64,000 nucleotides of DNA, from NCBI GenBank assembly GCA_963737065.1, contig CAVTRC010000002.1:224001-288000 (forward strand), in the 5' to 3' direction. Origin of the DNA: Candidatus Eremiobacteria bacterium (GTDB lineage: Bacteria > Vulcanimicrobiota > Vulcanimicrobiia > Vulcanimicrobiales > Vulcanimicrobiaceae). Positions 18,677 through 27,008 of this stretch are shown one piece after another (the stretch's first letter is position 1; each line of letters begins with the position of its first letter). The notes below the pieces were generated by a model. That model made no database searches. It saw only the letters and a program-made list of their open reading frames with translations, and had not been told where the DNA came from. The translations under genes were made by a program, and so were the position numbers.

Positions 18677-19095
18677 CCCAGTCCCGTAAAGCGCATCAAC
18701 CCTTCGAACGGACCGTAGCTCGCGAAGGCATCCCGCCACAACGCGTGCGCGCGCGAAAGTGCATCGTCGCGTTCGTTCACGATCCGTCGCGTCGTGAGTG
18801 CCAAGCCTGAAACGGTTGCGAGCAACAGGTCACGATCGCGCCAATTGCCGAGCGCCTCTTGCAGTTGCGAAAGGCGGCTTGCGGCTTGGAGCAGCGACGG
18901 TTCCTTCGGCGTGAAGCGTTCGAGCGCGTAGCGCAATCGCGCGCATGCGATGCGAAAGTCATGCACCTCGCGCGCGCGGCGCGTCTGCAGTGCGGGTGCG
19001 AGTGTCAATAGCTCCGCAAAGCGAACGATTGCGATGCGGCGCATCGCATCATCGATGCCGCAGGCAACCGTCAGATCGATGTTGCGGGCCTTCAT
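18637..19095 (-). CDS. Half-CHAD domain protein (C-terminal-type half)
   Basis: VHDFRIACARLRYALE.F...LQEALG.W.D.D; ATG overlaps the stop of the upstream half-CHAD gene (ATGA). Confidence 0.75.
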   Translation of the reverse strand: MKARNIDLTVACGIDDAMRRIAIVRFAELLTLAPALQTRRAREVHDFRIACARLRYALERFTPKEPSLLQAASRLSQLQEALGNWRDRDLLLATVSGLALTTRRIVNERDDALSRAHALWRDAFASYGPFEGLMRFTGLGYGFGDGEAPAPV

Positions 19096-19475
19096 ACGGT
19101 ATACCGCAATCCGGTAAGCAAACGGCGGACGCGCGAAAAACAGGCGCGTTCGCGCGCGCAAAGTTCGGATAAGGTCGTACGCGCATCGCGCCGTTCGCGC
19201 GTATCGAGCGCCGAGCGCAACGTCTCGCGCAACACCGCGGCATCCCGCGCATCACTCGTGAGATCGATCAACCGGCGCAGACGTTTGAACCGCCGCGGCC
19301 GCAGGATGTCGCGGAAATCTTTGAAGAGCGAGCGCAGGCGACGCGCTGCCGTACGGAGCTCATGAAGACGCTTGGTGGACGGCCGTTTCAAAAAGCGCCG
19401 CCGTGCCTTCATAAAGACGCGGACCTCCGCTGCACCGAGGGTTTTCGCCCATGCAATGACGCGATCGTCCGCCAT
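19092..19475 (-). CDS. Half-CHAD domain protein (N-terminal-type half)
   Basis: LHELRTAARRLRSLF..F...ARD..V motif; Arg-rich. Confidence 0.75.
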   Translation of the reverse strand: MADDRVIAWAKTLGAAEVRVFMKARRRFLKRPSTKRLHELRTAARRLRSLFKDFRDILRPRRFKRLRRLIDLTSDARDAAVLRETLRSALDTRERRDARTTLSELCARERACFSRVRRLLTGLRYTV

Positions 19476-19518
19476 TATGCGGTTCAAAATTCTGCTCTTG
19501 AACGGTGATCCCCGGCGC

Positions 19519-19547
19519 TTGACATCGAACATATGTTCGATTAGGAT
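19519..19547 (+). promoter_or_regulatory. Sigma70 promoter of imuA with a perfect LexA (SOS) box filling the spacer
   Basis: TTGACA(19519-24)-TCGAACATATGTTCGAT-TAGGAT(19542-47); matches the Firmicutes/Actinobacteria GAAC-N4-GTTC SOS box. Confidence 0.92.
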
Positions 19548-19555
19548 GATCACCC

Positions 19556-20257
19556 ATGCTTCCCGCTACCGCCTTCCACGACCGCCGCAACCAGCTCTTC
19601 GAAGAGCTCAAAGAGCGTCTTCACGCGGCGCCGGGGGCGGTCGGCGTGGATGTCGATCGCCTCATTACGAGCGGGATCGCACCACTCGATTGTCTCCTAG
19701 GCGGCGGCTTTCCACTTGGATCGCTCGTGACGCTCGAGGGGCTGGGCAGTGCCGGTCGATGGAGCATCGCTGCGGCGCTGCTTGCCCAGGTGACACGCCG
19801 AAGCCTCGGCGCCGTTATCGACGACGGTGAACTGTATCCGCCCGCATTGGAAGATGCCGGCGTCCGTCTCGACCGCTTGCTGGTTATTCCCGCAAAAACG
19901 CCGGTGGGCATTGCCCGGGCCGTCGATGTGATCTTGCGCTCGCGCGCTGCTCGCGTCATTGTCATGCGTGCTCCGGCGTTACGTGCGGCTATGTGGACTC
20001 GTCTTGCAACCCTCGCTCATCGAGCGGGATCCGTCCTCGTCGTGATCGCCGGCCGCGCGGGTACAGAACTCGCCGGCGTGGCGACCGTTCGCCTGGGATG
20101 CATCTTCGAACGCGCGGTGATGCGCGGCTCGCGCGGGCTCTGGGGGTGTTTTTCCGGATTTACGCTGCGTGCGGAACTGCGCAAACACAAAGCCGCGCGG
20201 AGAGCCGGGGGAGCCGTTTCGCTTCGTTCAGCCTTTCTTAAACCCGTGGGCGCATGA
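19556..20257 (+). CDS. imuA: ImuA-like RecA-fold protein (degenerate Walker A)
   Basis: ITSGIAPLD.LLGGGFP.GSLV.L.G; GSAGRWS in place of GxxGKT; YPPAL..AGV.LDRLLV; first gene of the mutagenesis cassette. Confidence 0.8.
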   Translation: MLPATAFHDRRNQLFEELKERLHAAPGAVGVDVDRLITSGIAPLDCLLGGGFPLGSLVTLEGLGSAGRWSIAAALLAQVTRRSLGAVIDDGELYPPALEDAGVRLDRLLVIPAKTPVGIARAVDVILRSRAARVIVMRAPALRAAMWTRLATLAHRAGSVLVVIAGRAGTELAGVATVRLGCIFERAVMRGSRGLWGCFSGFTLRAELRKHKAARRAGGAVSLRSAFLKPVGA

Positions 20258-21723
20258 ATCGCATGAATGAGGAAGTGGCGATGCTGATCTGCTTGCGCGT
20301 TCCCGACTATCCGTTGGCGGTTGCCCTCGGCGGCGCTCGCGTCTGCGAGGACGTTCCGTTGCTCGTCGCCGACCGGTTCGATCGCGGACATGTTATCGCG
20401 CTTGACGATCGTGCACGCGAATGCGGTGCGCGTGCTGGGCAAACGGTGACGCAAGCCGCAGCCGTTGCACCCAATGCGCGTGTCGCCGTCCACGATGCGG
20501 TTCGCGCGCGAGCGGTATGGAACGACGTGCTCGATGCGCTCGATGCGGTAACGCCGCTGATCGACGACGTGCGCGAAGGTATCGCGTTTCTCGACATGCG
20601 CGGGATCGCCGGATCGTTTAACGATTGGGTCGTGCAGATTCATAGCATTCTCGATCGCTTCGATCTGCCGATTCGCACGGGTGCCGGTCCCAACCGGTTT
20701 TGCGCGTATGCAGCAAGTTGGATTGGCGATGCAACCGCGATCGAACCGGGAGAGGAGGCGTCGCGGTTGGCGCCGTTGCCGCTCGACGTGCTCGATGTCG
20801 ATCCGCATGCGCACGAGCGATTGCGTTTACTCGGCCTCTCGACGCTTGGAGAACTTGCGCGCTTGCCGCACGGACCGTTCGTACGCCGCTTCGGACGCGC
20901 CGCGGCGCAGTGGCATGAGTGGGCGCGCGGCATCGACCGCACGCCGTTCATTCCGCGCAGCCATGCGGTAGCGATCGAAGCGTCGATGTTTGGTGAAGGG
21001 TCGGCGGAGAGCGAAGAGGCGGTGCTCTTCGCGATGCGCGTGCTGCTCTCTCGGATTTGCCATGATTTGGAACGGTGCGGCAAACGCGCAAGCGCGCTCG
21101 ATCTCGAAATCGAACTGGAGAACGGACACAACGAACGCCTGGAAATTCTCCTTGCGGCGCCGACTGCGAACGACCGCGCAATGCTCGACGTCGTGCGAGC
21201 TAAAATGGAAGGGCTGACGTTCGATGCGCCGCTCTGCGGACTGCGGCTACGCGCGCTCCGCTTAGAAGAGGGAGGCGAAGCGCTGCCGCTCGTGCGCAAC
21301 GACGATATCGACGTCCAAAACGTTGCCGTCGTCCTCGCGCGTCTGGAAGCGCTGCTCGGTGAACCGGTTCGTCGCGCGCGCACGCGCGCCGCGTATCCCG
21401 TCGAAGAACGCTTCACCTACGAACCGTTTACCGTTCCGAAACTACGAGAAGCGTATTCAGCATTGGTAGTAAACGAAAGCGCGGCCGTACCGCAATTGCG
21501 GCTCATGGACGTAACGGAGGTCGACGTGTCGGTTGCGCGCGGGGAGCCGTCTGTTATCAACGGACACGCGGTCGTTGAATGTGCCGGCCCGTGGCGGATC
21601 GACGAAGCATGGTTCACATCGCCGGTGACGCGGGACGAATACGACGTTGTTCTTGACGACGGCAGCGTGCGGCGTATCTACCGCCAAGGCAATCACTGGT
21701 ATCTGCGGGGCTCGTATGATTGA
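20254..21723 (+). CDS. imuB: ImuB, catalytically inactive Y-family polymerase
   Basis: Y-family-like N-terminus lacking catalytic acidic motifs, LGL.TLGELARLP..F.RRFG, C-terminal GPW.....W....RD.Y....L.G.YD. Confidence 0.88.
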   Translation: MNRMNEEVAMLICLRVPDYPLAVALGGARVCEDVPLLVADRFDRGHVIALDDRARECGARAGQTVTQAAAVAPNARVAVHDAVRARAVWNDVLDALDAVTPLIDDVREGIAFLDMRGIAGSFNDWVVQIHSILDRFDLPIRTGAGPNRFCAYAASWIGDATAIEPGEEASRLAPLPLDVLDVDPHAHERLRLLGLSTLGELARLPHGPFVRRFGRAAAQWHEWARGIDRTPFIPRSHAVAIEASMFGEGSAESEEAVLFAMRVLLSRICHDLERCGKRASALDLEIELENGHNERLEILLAAPTANDRAMLDVVRAKMEGLTFDAPLCGLRLRALRLEEGGEALPLVRNDDIDVQNVAVVLARLEALLGEPVRRARTRAAYPVEERFTYEPFTVPKLREAYSALVVNESAAVPQLRLMDVTEVDVSVARGEPSVINGHAVVECAGPWRIDEAWFTSPVTRDEYDVVLDDGSVRRIYRQGNHWYLRGSYD

Positions 21724-22222
21724 AGTAGCGCAAACCTCCTGTGAAACGTTCCAGCGCGTCGCGTCGGCGTGGCTGCGCAGCGGTGAGATTACGCGCACGA
21801 ACCATTTGCTCTCGCCCCTCGAAGAACTTGCCGGCTTCAATTACGGCTTTGTCTACTTGCTCGAATTGCGCGATGGAAATTCCCGGGCTCCCCAATTTCA
21901 CACCGTGAAATTGGGGTTCTCGGAGCATCCGATGCGGCGCATACGCGAGATCAAAGCGAACTACCGGTACGGCACGCATCTACGCTTGCGCGCGTGCTTT
22001 GTCGGCGAGCCGCGGATGGAACGCGACATGCACAAGCGCTTCACGCATCTGCGGGTGCAGAACGAACAATTTCTCGCTTCGGCCGCGATCGACGATGCGT
22101 TTGCGCAGGAACGCGACCGCGTCCGCGCGCGCCTGCGCTCGCTTCATCTCTGCACGCACGAATGCGCTCAACTCGTCAAGAATCTCGACCTGCGCATGCT
22201 CTGCACGTGGCTACGCCGTTAA
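21716..22222 (+). CDS. GIY-YIG nuclease, T5orf172/MUG113-like
   Basis: GFVYLL...VKLGFS..P.RR..EI...E..MH.RF..LRV.NEQF; ATG 21716 overlaps the imuB stop by 8 nt. Confidence 0.8.
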   Translation: MIEVAQTSCETFQRVASAWLRSGEITRTNHLLSPLEELAGFNYGFVYLLELRDGNSRAPQFHTVKLGFSEHPMRRIREIKANYRYGTHLRLRACFVGEPRMERDMHKRFTHLRVQNEQFLASAAIDDAFAQERDRVRARLRSLHLCTHECAQLVKNLDLRMLCTWLRR

Positions 22223-22237
22223 TACCACGTTCTAGAT

Positions 22238-25200
22238 GTGGCACTAAACTACGCGGAACTGCACTGCTGGTCGAACTTCACCTTTCTCGAAGGCGCATCG
22301 CATCCCGAAGAACTTGTTGAACGAGCCTGCGAGCTGGGGTTACGCGCGCTTGCGTTGACCGATCGCGACGGGCTCTACGGCAGCGTGCGCTTTGCAGCGG
22401 CTGCGCGGCGCGCCGGGCTCGATGCGATCATCGGCGCGGAATTAACCTTCGAAGATAAAACGCATGCGGTCATTCTTGTCGAAAACGCGCGGGGCTATGC
22501 TAACTGCTGTGAGTTGATCTCGACGGCGCAAATGCGCGGAAGTAAAGGTGACGCGCGTTTGCGGATCGAGGACTTCGACGGCCGTAGCGACGGAATCATC
22601 CTGCTGACGCGCACGCTTGACGCCGAGCGCGCGTCAATCTTGCTCGGGCTCTTCCGCGAACGTTGCTATCTTGAGCTGCAGCAGCATCTTACCGTAGAAG
22701 ATGCCGCGATGAACGAAGCGTTGATCGCGCTCGCGCGCCGCTTGAAAATGCCGTACGTCGCGACGAACGCCGTCGCGTACGCGCGGCGCGAGGAGGCGCC
22801 GCTTGCCGACGTGCTTTCGTGCGTGAAAGAAACGATTACGCTCGAACAAGCACGCGCTCAGCATCGCTTGAGGCCGAACGCCGAATACTATTTGAAGCGC
22901 GCCGCAGCAATGCGCAAACTCTTTGCGGCACACCCTGAAGCGATCGATGCGACGCTCGCGATTGCACAACGCTGCGCGTTCCGCCTTGAGCGTCTTGTCG
23001 GGCAGTTTCCGCTCTTCCCGGTCGCGGACGGCTACACGCGCCAGACGTATTTGCGCGAACTCGTCTATAAAGGCGCCGTCGATCGCTACGGCGCGCCGAT
23101 CGCATCGAACGTCGAACGCCAGCTTGAGTACGAACTCGGCATCATCGCCAAGATGGATCTCGCCGGATACTTCCTCATCGTGTGGGATATCGTTCAAGCC
23201 GCAAACCGCTTCGCCGTGTTGTGTCAAGGACGAGGTTCGGCCGCAAACTCCGCCGTCTGCTATGCGCTCGGCATCACGGCCGTGGATCCCATCGGCATGA
23301 ATTTGCTCTTCGAGCGGTTTATGTCGGAAGAACGTCAGGAAATTCCGGACATCGATATCGACTTCGCACATCAAGACCGCGAACAAGTTATCCAGTATAT
23401 TTACGAGCGCTATGGCCGCAGCAATGCCGCGATGGCCGCGGAAGTGGTTACGTTCCGCACGCGCTCGGCGCTGCGCGATGTCGGCAAAGCGCTCGGCTTG
23501 ACACTTGCGCAAGTCGATGCAGTTGTGCGCGAATTCGATGCGCGCGAATCACTTGCCGGCGCAACCGGACAACCGGATCTCGTCTCAACGGAACAACCGC
23601 AATCGGTGCAAAAGCGCCGCGATCTCGATACCGGTTCAAATGCGCGCGCGTCGCGACTGGAGCCCGGACAAACCGATCGGTATTTGTACGGCTTTCGCGG
23701 CCAAGACTACGGCGCGGATCCCGATCCGGCGATTGCTGCGCCGGTCAGCGGCATTCTCGGTGAGCGGCTGTACGCGTTTTGCCGCCGCATCGACGGGTTT
23801 CCGCGCCACATGGGCATTCATTCCGGCGGCATGGTGATCACTCGCGATCCGCTGGTCCGCGTCGCGCCCGTCGAATGGGCAACGATGAAAGACCGCACGA
23901 TCATTCAGTGGGACAAAGACGATCTCCAGGAACTCGGCCTGATCAAAATCGATTTGCTCGGCCTCGGGATGCTCTCGCTCTTGCGCGAAGCATTTTCATT
24001 ACACGAACGGTACGTCACATCGTGTCATGGCGAGCAGAAGCCCCGTGTCATCCTGCGCCGAAGTCCTGAGCTTGCCGAAGGGCTGTCGAAGGATCGCGTC
24101 GCACGTCTGGCTCTTCACACGATCCCATCCGACGACAAACGCACGTATGAAATGATCTCCCGCGCCGACACGATCGGCGTCTTCCAAATCGAATCACGCG
24201 CGCAGCAATCGATGCTGCCGCGGATGAAACCCGCGTGTTTCTACGACATCGTCATGCAAGTCGCGATCATTCGCCCGGGTCCCATTCAAGGACAAATGAT
24301 CCATCCGTTCCTGCGCCGCCGTTCGGGAATGGAACCGGTCGCGTACCCGCATCCTAAACTGAAGCCGGTCCTCGAACGTACGTTGGGCGTGCCGCTCTTT
24401 CAAGAACAAGGGATGCGCATGGCGATCGAAGCGGCCGGTTTTACGCCGGGCGAAGCGGACAAGTTGCGCCGCGCGATGGGCCACAAACGCTCGCACGAAC
24501 GAATGCGCGAGATTTATCCGAAGCTGATCGAAGGCATGGTTGCGAACGGCATCGACCGTACCGCCGCCGAGCAACTCTTCCACATGCTCGAAGGATTCGC
24601 GGATTACGGCTTTCCGGAATCGCACGCGGCGAGCTTTGCATTACTCGCCTATGCGTCGGCATACGTCAAATGTCACTATCCGGCGATCTTCGGCGCGGCA
24701 ATTTTAAACGTGCAGCCGATGGGATTTTATTCGACGGAAGTGCTGGTGAACGACGCACGGCGGCACGGCGTCACGATCAAATCGGTTGAAGTCAACGCGA
24801 GCGAGTATTGGTCGTTCGTCGAGCCCGATGGCAGTTTGCGCCTCGGGTTCCATCTCGTGCGCGGACTCGGTGAAGGACAAAAGGAGCGACTGGAGGAGGC
24901 GTTACGCGGCGGGACGTTTACGGATTTGCTCGAGTTCGCGAAGCGCACGCAGCTTGAAAAAGAAGCGATTGAGAATCTTGCCGTGGCCGGCGCGTTTTCG
25001 CCGTGGTACCGCTCGCGGCGCGAGGCAATGTGGGCATTGCGCGCGCTCGACGAACGCGAGGCGCGCGGTGAGCTCGGGCGTTTGATGGATATGGAGGAGC
25101 CCGAGGCGACGTTCAAAGCGCTTGCGCCCAAACAAGAGACGGCATTCGATTTATGGTCGACCGGCGTCACGACCCGCGGTCAGGCGGTCGAACATTTCCG

Positions 25201-25543
25201 CGCGCAATTGCATGCGGCGCGCGTTATTCCGGCTGCACGGCTTGCGGAAATGCCGAACAACCTCGTCTGCCGCGTCGGCGGACTCGTCATTACCCGTCAA
25301 CGTCCCGGTACCGCGAAGGGCTTCGTCTTTCTGACGCTCGAGGATGAGACGGGACTCGTGAACGTAATCGTGCGTCCGGATGTCTACGAAAAATTCCGCC
25401 GCGTCATCCGTACGAGCAACACGCTCGTTATCGAAGGCAAACTGCAAAAAGAAGCCGGCGCAATCGATATGCTCGCGCGCGCAATCTGGTCATTCGAAGC
25501 CGAAGGCATCCTCGACGGCGTCCGCCCGCGAAATTTTCACTGA
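22238..25543 (+). CDS. dnaE2: Error-prone DNA polymerase DnaE2 (ImuC)
   Basis: YAELHC.SNF.FL.GAS.PEEL PHP start, QGRGSAANS, PDIDIDF, GFPESHAASFA, RQRPGTAKG..F.TLEDETG, C-terminal PRNFH. Confidence 0.96.
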   Translation: MALNYAELHCWSNFTFLEGASHPEELVERACELGLRALALTDRDGLYGSVRFAAAARRAGLDAIIGAELTFEDKTHAVILVENARGYANCCELISTAQMRGSKGDARLRIEDFDGRSDGIILLTRTLDAERASILLGLFRERCYLELQQHLTVEDAAMNEALIALARRLKMPYVATNAVAYARREEAPLADVLSCVKETITLEQARAQHRLRPNAEYYLKRAAAMRKLFAAHPEAIDATLAIAQRCAFRLERLVGQFPLFPVADGYTRQTYLRELVYKGAVDRYGAPIASNVERQLEYELGIIAKMDLAGYFLIVWDIVQAANRFAVLCQGRGSAANSAVCYALGITAVDPIGMNLLFERFMSEERQEIPDIDIDFAHQDREQVIQYIYERYGRSNAAMAAEVVTFRTRSALRDVGKALGLTLAQVDAVVREFDARESLAGATGQPDLVSTEQPQSVQKRRDLDTGSNARASRLEPGQTDRYLYGFRGQDYGADPDPAIAAPVSGILGERLYAFCRRIDGFPRHMGIHSGGMVITRDPLVRVAPVEWATMKDRTIIQWDKDDLQELGLIKIDLLGLGMLSLLREAFSLHERYVTSCHGEQKPRVILRRSPELAEGLSKDRVARLALHTIPSDDKRTYEMISRADTIGVFQIESRAQQSMLPRMKPACFYDIVMQVAIIRPGPIQGQMIHPFLRRRSGMEPVAYPHPKLKPVLERTLGVPLFQEQGMRMAIEAAGFTPGEADKLRRAMGHKRSHERMREIYPKLIEGMVANGIDRTAAEQLFHMLEGFADYGFPESHAASFALLAYASAYVKCHYPAIFGAAILNVQPMGFYSTEVLVNDARRHGVTIKSVEVNASEYWSFVEPDGSLRLGFHLVRGLGEGQKERLEEALRGGTFTDLLEFAKRTQLEKEAIENLAVAGAFSPWYRSRREAMWALRALDEREARGELGRLMDMEEPEATFKALAPKQETAFDLWSTGVTTRGQAVEHFRAQLHAARVIPAARLAEMPNNLVCRVGGLVITRQRPGTAKGFVFLTLEDETGLVNVIVRPDVYEKFRRVIRTSNTLVIEGKLQKEAGAIDMLARAIWSFEAEGILDGVRPRNFH
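24021..24093 (+). repeat. REP-like palindromic element remnants inserted in frame in dnaE2
   Basis: CGTGTCAT twice (24021, 24044); TGTCATCCTG-[cgccgaagTCCTGAGCTTGCCGAAGGgc]-TGTCGAAGGA, translating VIL-RRSPELAEG-LSKD. Confidence 0.65.
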
Positions 25544-25564
25544 AGCGCTGCAGCACAAAGGGGC

Positions 25565-25745
25565 AAGCCTGAAGCTGAAATCGGCGTCGCCATGGCGGCT
25601 GCGATCGCCTCAAGGCTACGCATGTGAATTTTCTCTCCCCATCGCTGTACGGCGCCAAGATCCATCCCAAAAGGTGCCTTTGTTGCTCCGCAGTGTACTC
25701 CGTAATCGGCCGCAACAGTATTTCAGCGATTTTCCTTAATCTGAC
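25565..25745 (-). pseudogene. Possible decayed XRE-family HTH gene
   Basis: Frame-broken pieces LSQIKE.. / ..GMDLGAVQRWGEKIHMRSLEAIAAAMATPIS resemble the XRE HTH pattern; less GC-rich than flanks. Confidence 0.3.
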
Positions 25746-25749
25746 TCAG

Positions 25750-26601
25750 TTAGTTCGGATTGTCGCCTTTGATCTCGCCCGTATAGATCGCACGCAACAG
25801 TGGCGCGAGCGTCACGTCCGGCGGTAGTTTGTATCCGATCGGCGGCGAAGGGATCGGCAATCGATGCGTGCGATCCAGCGGCAGCATCGCATCATGGTCG
25901 GCGGGATAGCACACCGGCCAAGGGATGTTTCCGTCCTCCGTTCCGCCGCCGCTATATTGCGCAAAGTAATGCACGTAGTAGCACGACATACCGCGCGCGA
26001 TCCAATGCTGGTGCGGCAGCGGTTCGAGCAGCGCCTCGACGGATTCGCGTTGCTCCTCGCGTCCGCTCACGTCAATCGGTGCTTCGTGATATGCCGACGC
26101 CGGCAGCGGCGGATTCGTCGCGATGCTGATGCTATGCGACGAATTCAGCTGCTGTGCTTCACGCGCAAACATCTGCTGTTGCTGCGCAAGTTGCTCAGCG
26201 AGCGAGGCGGGGTCGTGCCGCACGCGTTGCGCCGGCGGCACCGGCGTGCCGGCCGGAGTCAAGCGTGCGAGCTCCGCCGGACGTGCCGGTGGCTTTGGTG
26301 GCGCAACGCGTGGTCGACGGGGCTGTTGCTGCTGCTTCGGAGTGGCCGCATGCTGCGTGGGCGCCCGCTGTTGCCGGTGCTGCGCGCTGGGTGGTTGCGG
26401 TACCGTGCGGCGCTCCAGCCGAATGCTCGACGAGGAGACAATCAGCTCGTGCTGCGCACTCACGGGACGCAGGTGCAAATGCACCGCCGAAACCCAGATC
26501 ACGAGCATCCATGCGATCAGATTCATGACGACCGAAGCAACGAGCGACAGGACGAGCGTAGGGCGCTCGTCCTGCCGAAAATCGTCGCGTACAGTAATCA
26601 T
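25750..26601 (-). CDS. Hypothetical membrane-anchored protein with TonB-like Pro/Gln linker
   Basis: N-terminal TM (LVLSLVASVVMNLIAW), Pro/Gln-rich linker, C-terminal domain with two Cys. Confidence 0.7.
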   Translation of the reverse strand: MITVRDDFRQDERPTLVLSLVASVVMNLIAWMLVIWVSAVHLHLRPVSAQHELIVSSSSIRLERRTVPQPPSAQHRQQRAPTQHAATPKQQQQPRRPRVAPPKPPARPAELARLTPAGTPVPPAQRVRHDPASLAEQLAQQQQMFAREAQQLNSSHSISIATNPPLPASAYHEAPIDVSGREEQRESVEALLEPLPHQHWIARGMSCYYVHYFAQYSGGGTEDGNIPWPVCYPADHDAMLPLDRTHRLPIPSPPIGYKLPPDVTLAPLLRAIYTGEIKGDNPN

Positions 26602-26774
26602 CGTTCGTAGTGGGCTAAGCGTACCCGGGCGTCCCGCAGAGCGCCCTGAGAGTCTAGCGATGGGACGTTCAGCGAAACAAGCAGGTCCAATTCGACACCG
26701 CGAGTTTCCGAACGCCGAAGGGTGTTCCCCGGTGAGAAGAAGGCTCCCGCACCGTCGCGAAATAGTACGCTGAC

Positions 26775-27008
26775 ATGGACCAGACGCCCGAACTTCAACG
26801 CGCCGAAGAGCAACGCGACAATGCTCAACTGACGCGAACGCTGATTTGGATCGGCGTCGCGGGTATCGGCGCGGCAGTGGCCTTCACCGTCGTCCGCGTG
26901 CTGTTGAATCGGCGCCCCGCGGATCCGACCAGCGAGCGCATTCAACAGCTGATCGATGAGGCGAACCACTTGCTCAAGACGCTTGACGAACAGAGAAATA
27001 CTGCGTAA
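26775..27008 (+). CDS. Small single-TM hypothetical protein
   Basis: One hydrophobic helix followed by a coiled-coil-like C-terminus; overlaps the rlmD start. Confidence 0.65.
   Translation: MDQTPELQRAEEQRDNAQLTRTLIWIGVAGIGAAVAFTVVRVLLNRRPADPTSERIQQLIDEANHLLKTLDEQRNTA

Noticed and set aside
23560..24110. Intein in DnaE2
   Set aside because: The inserts are too short and lack a C-terminal His-Asn followed by Cys/Ser/Thr
26602..26774. 6S or SRP RNA in the divergent intergenic region
   Set aside because: Only short hairpins; no SRP GGAA loop motif and no end-to-end rod that I could pair
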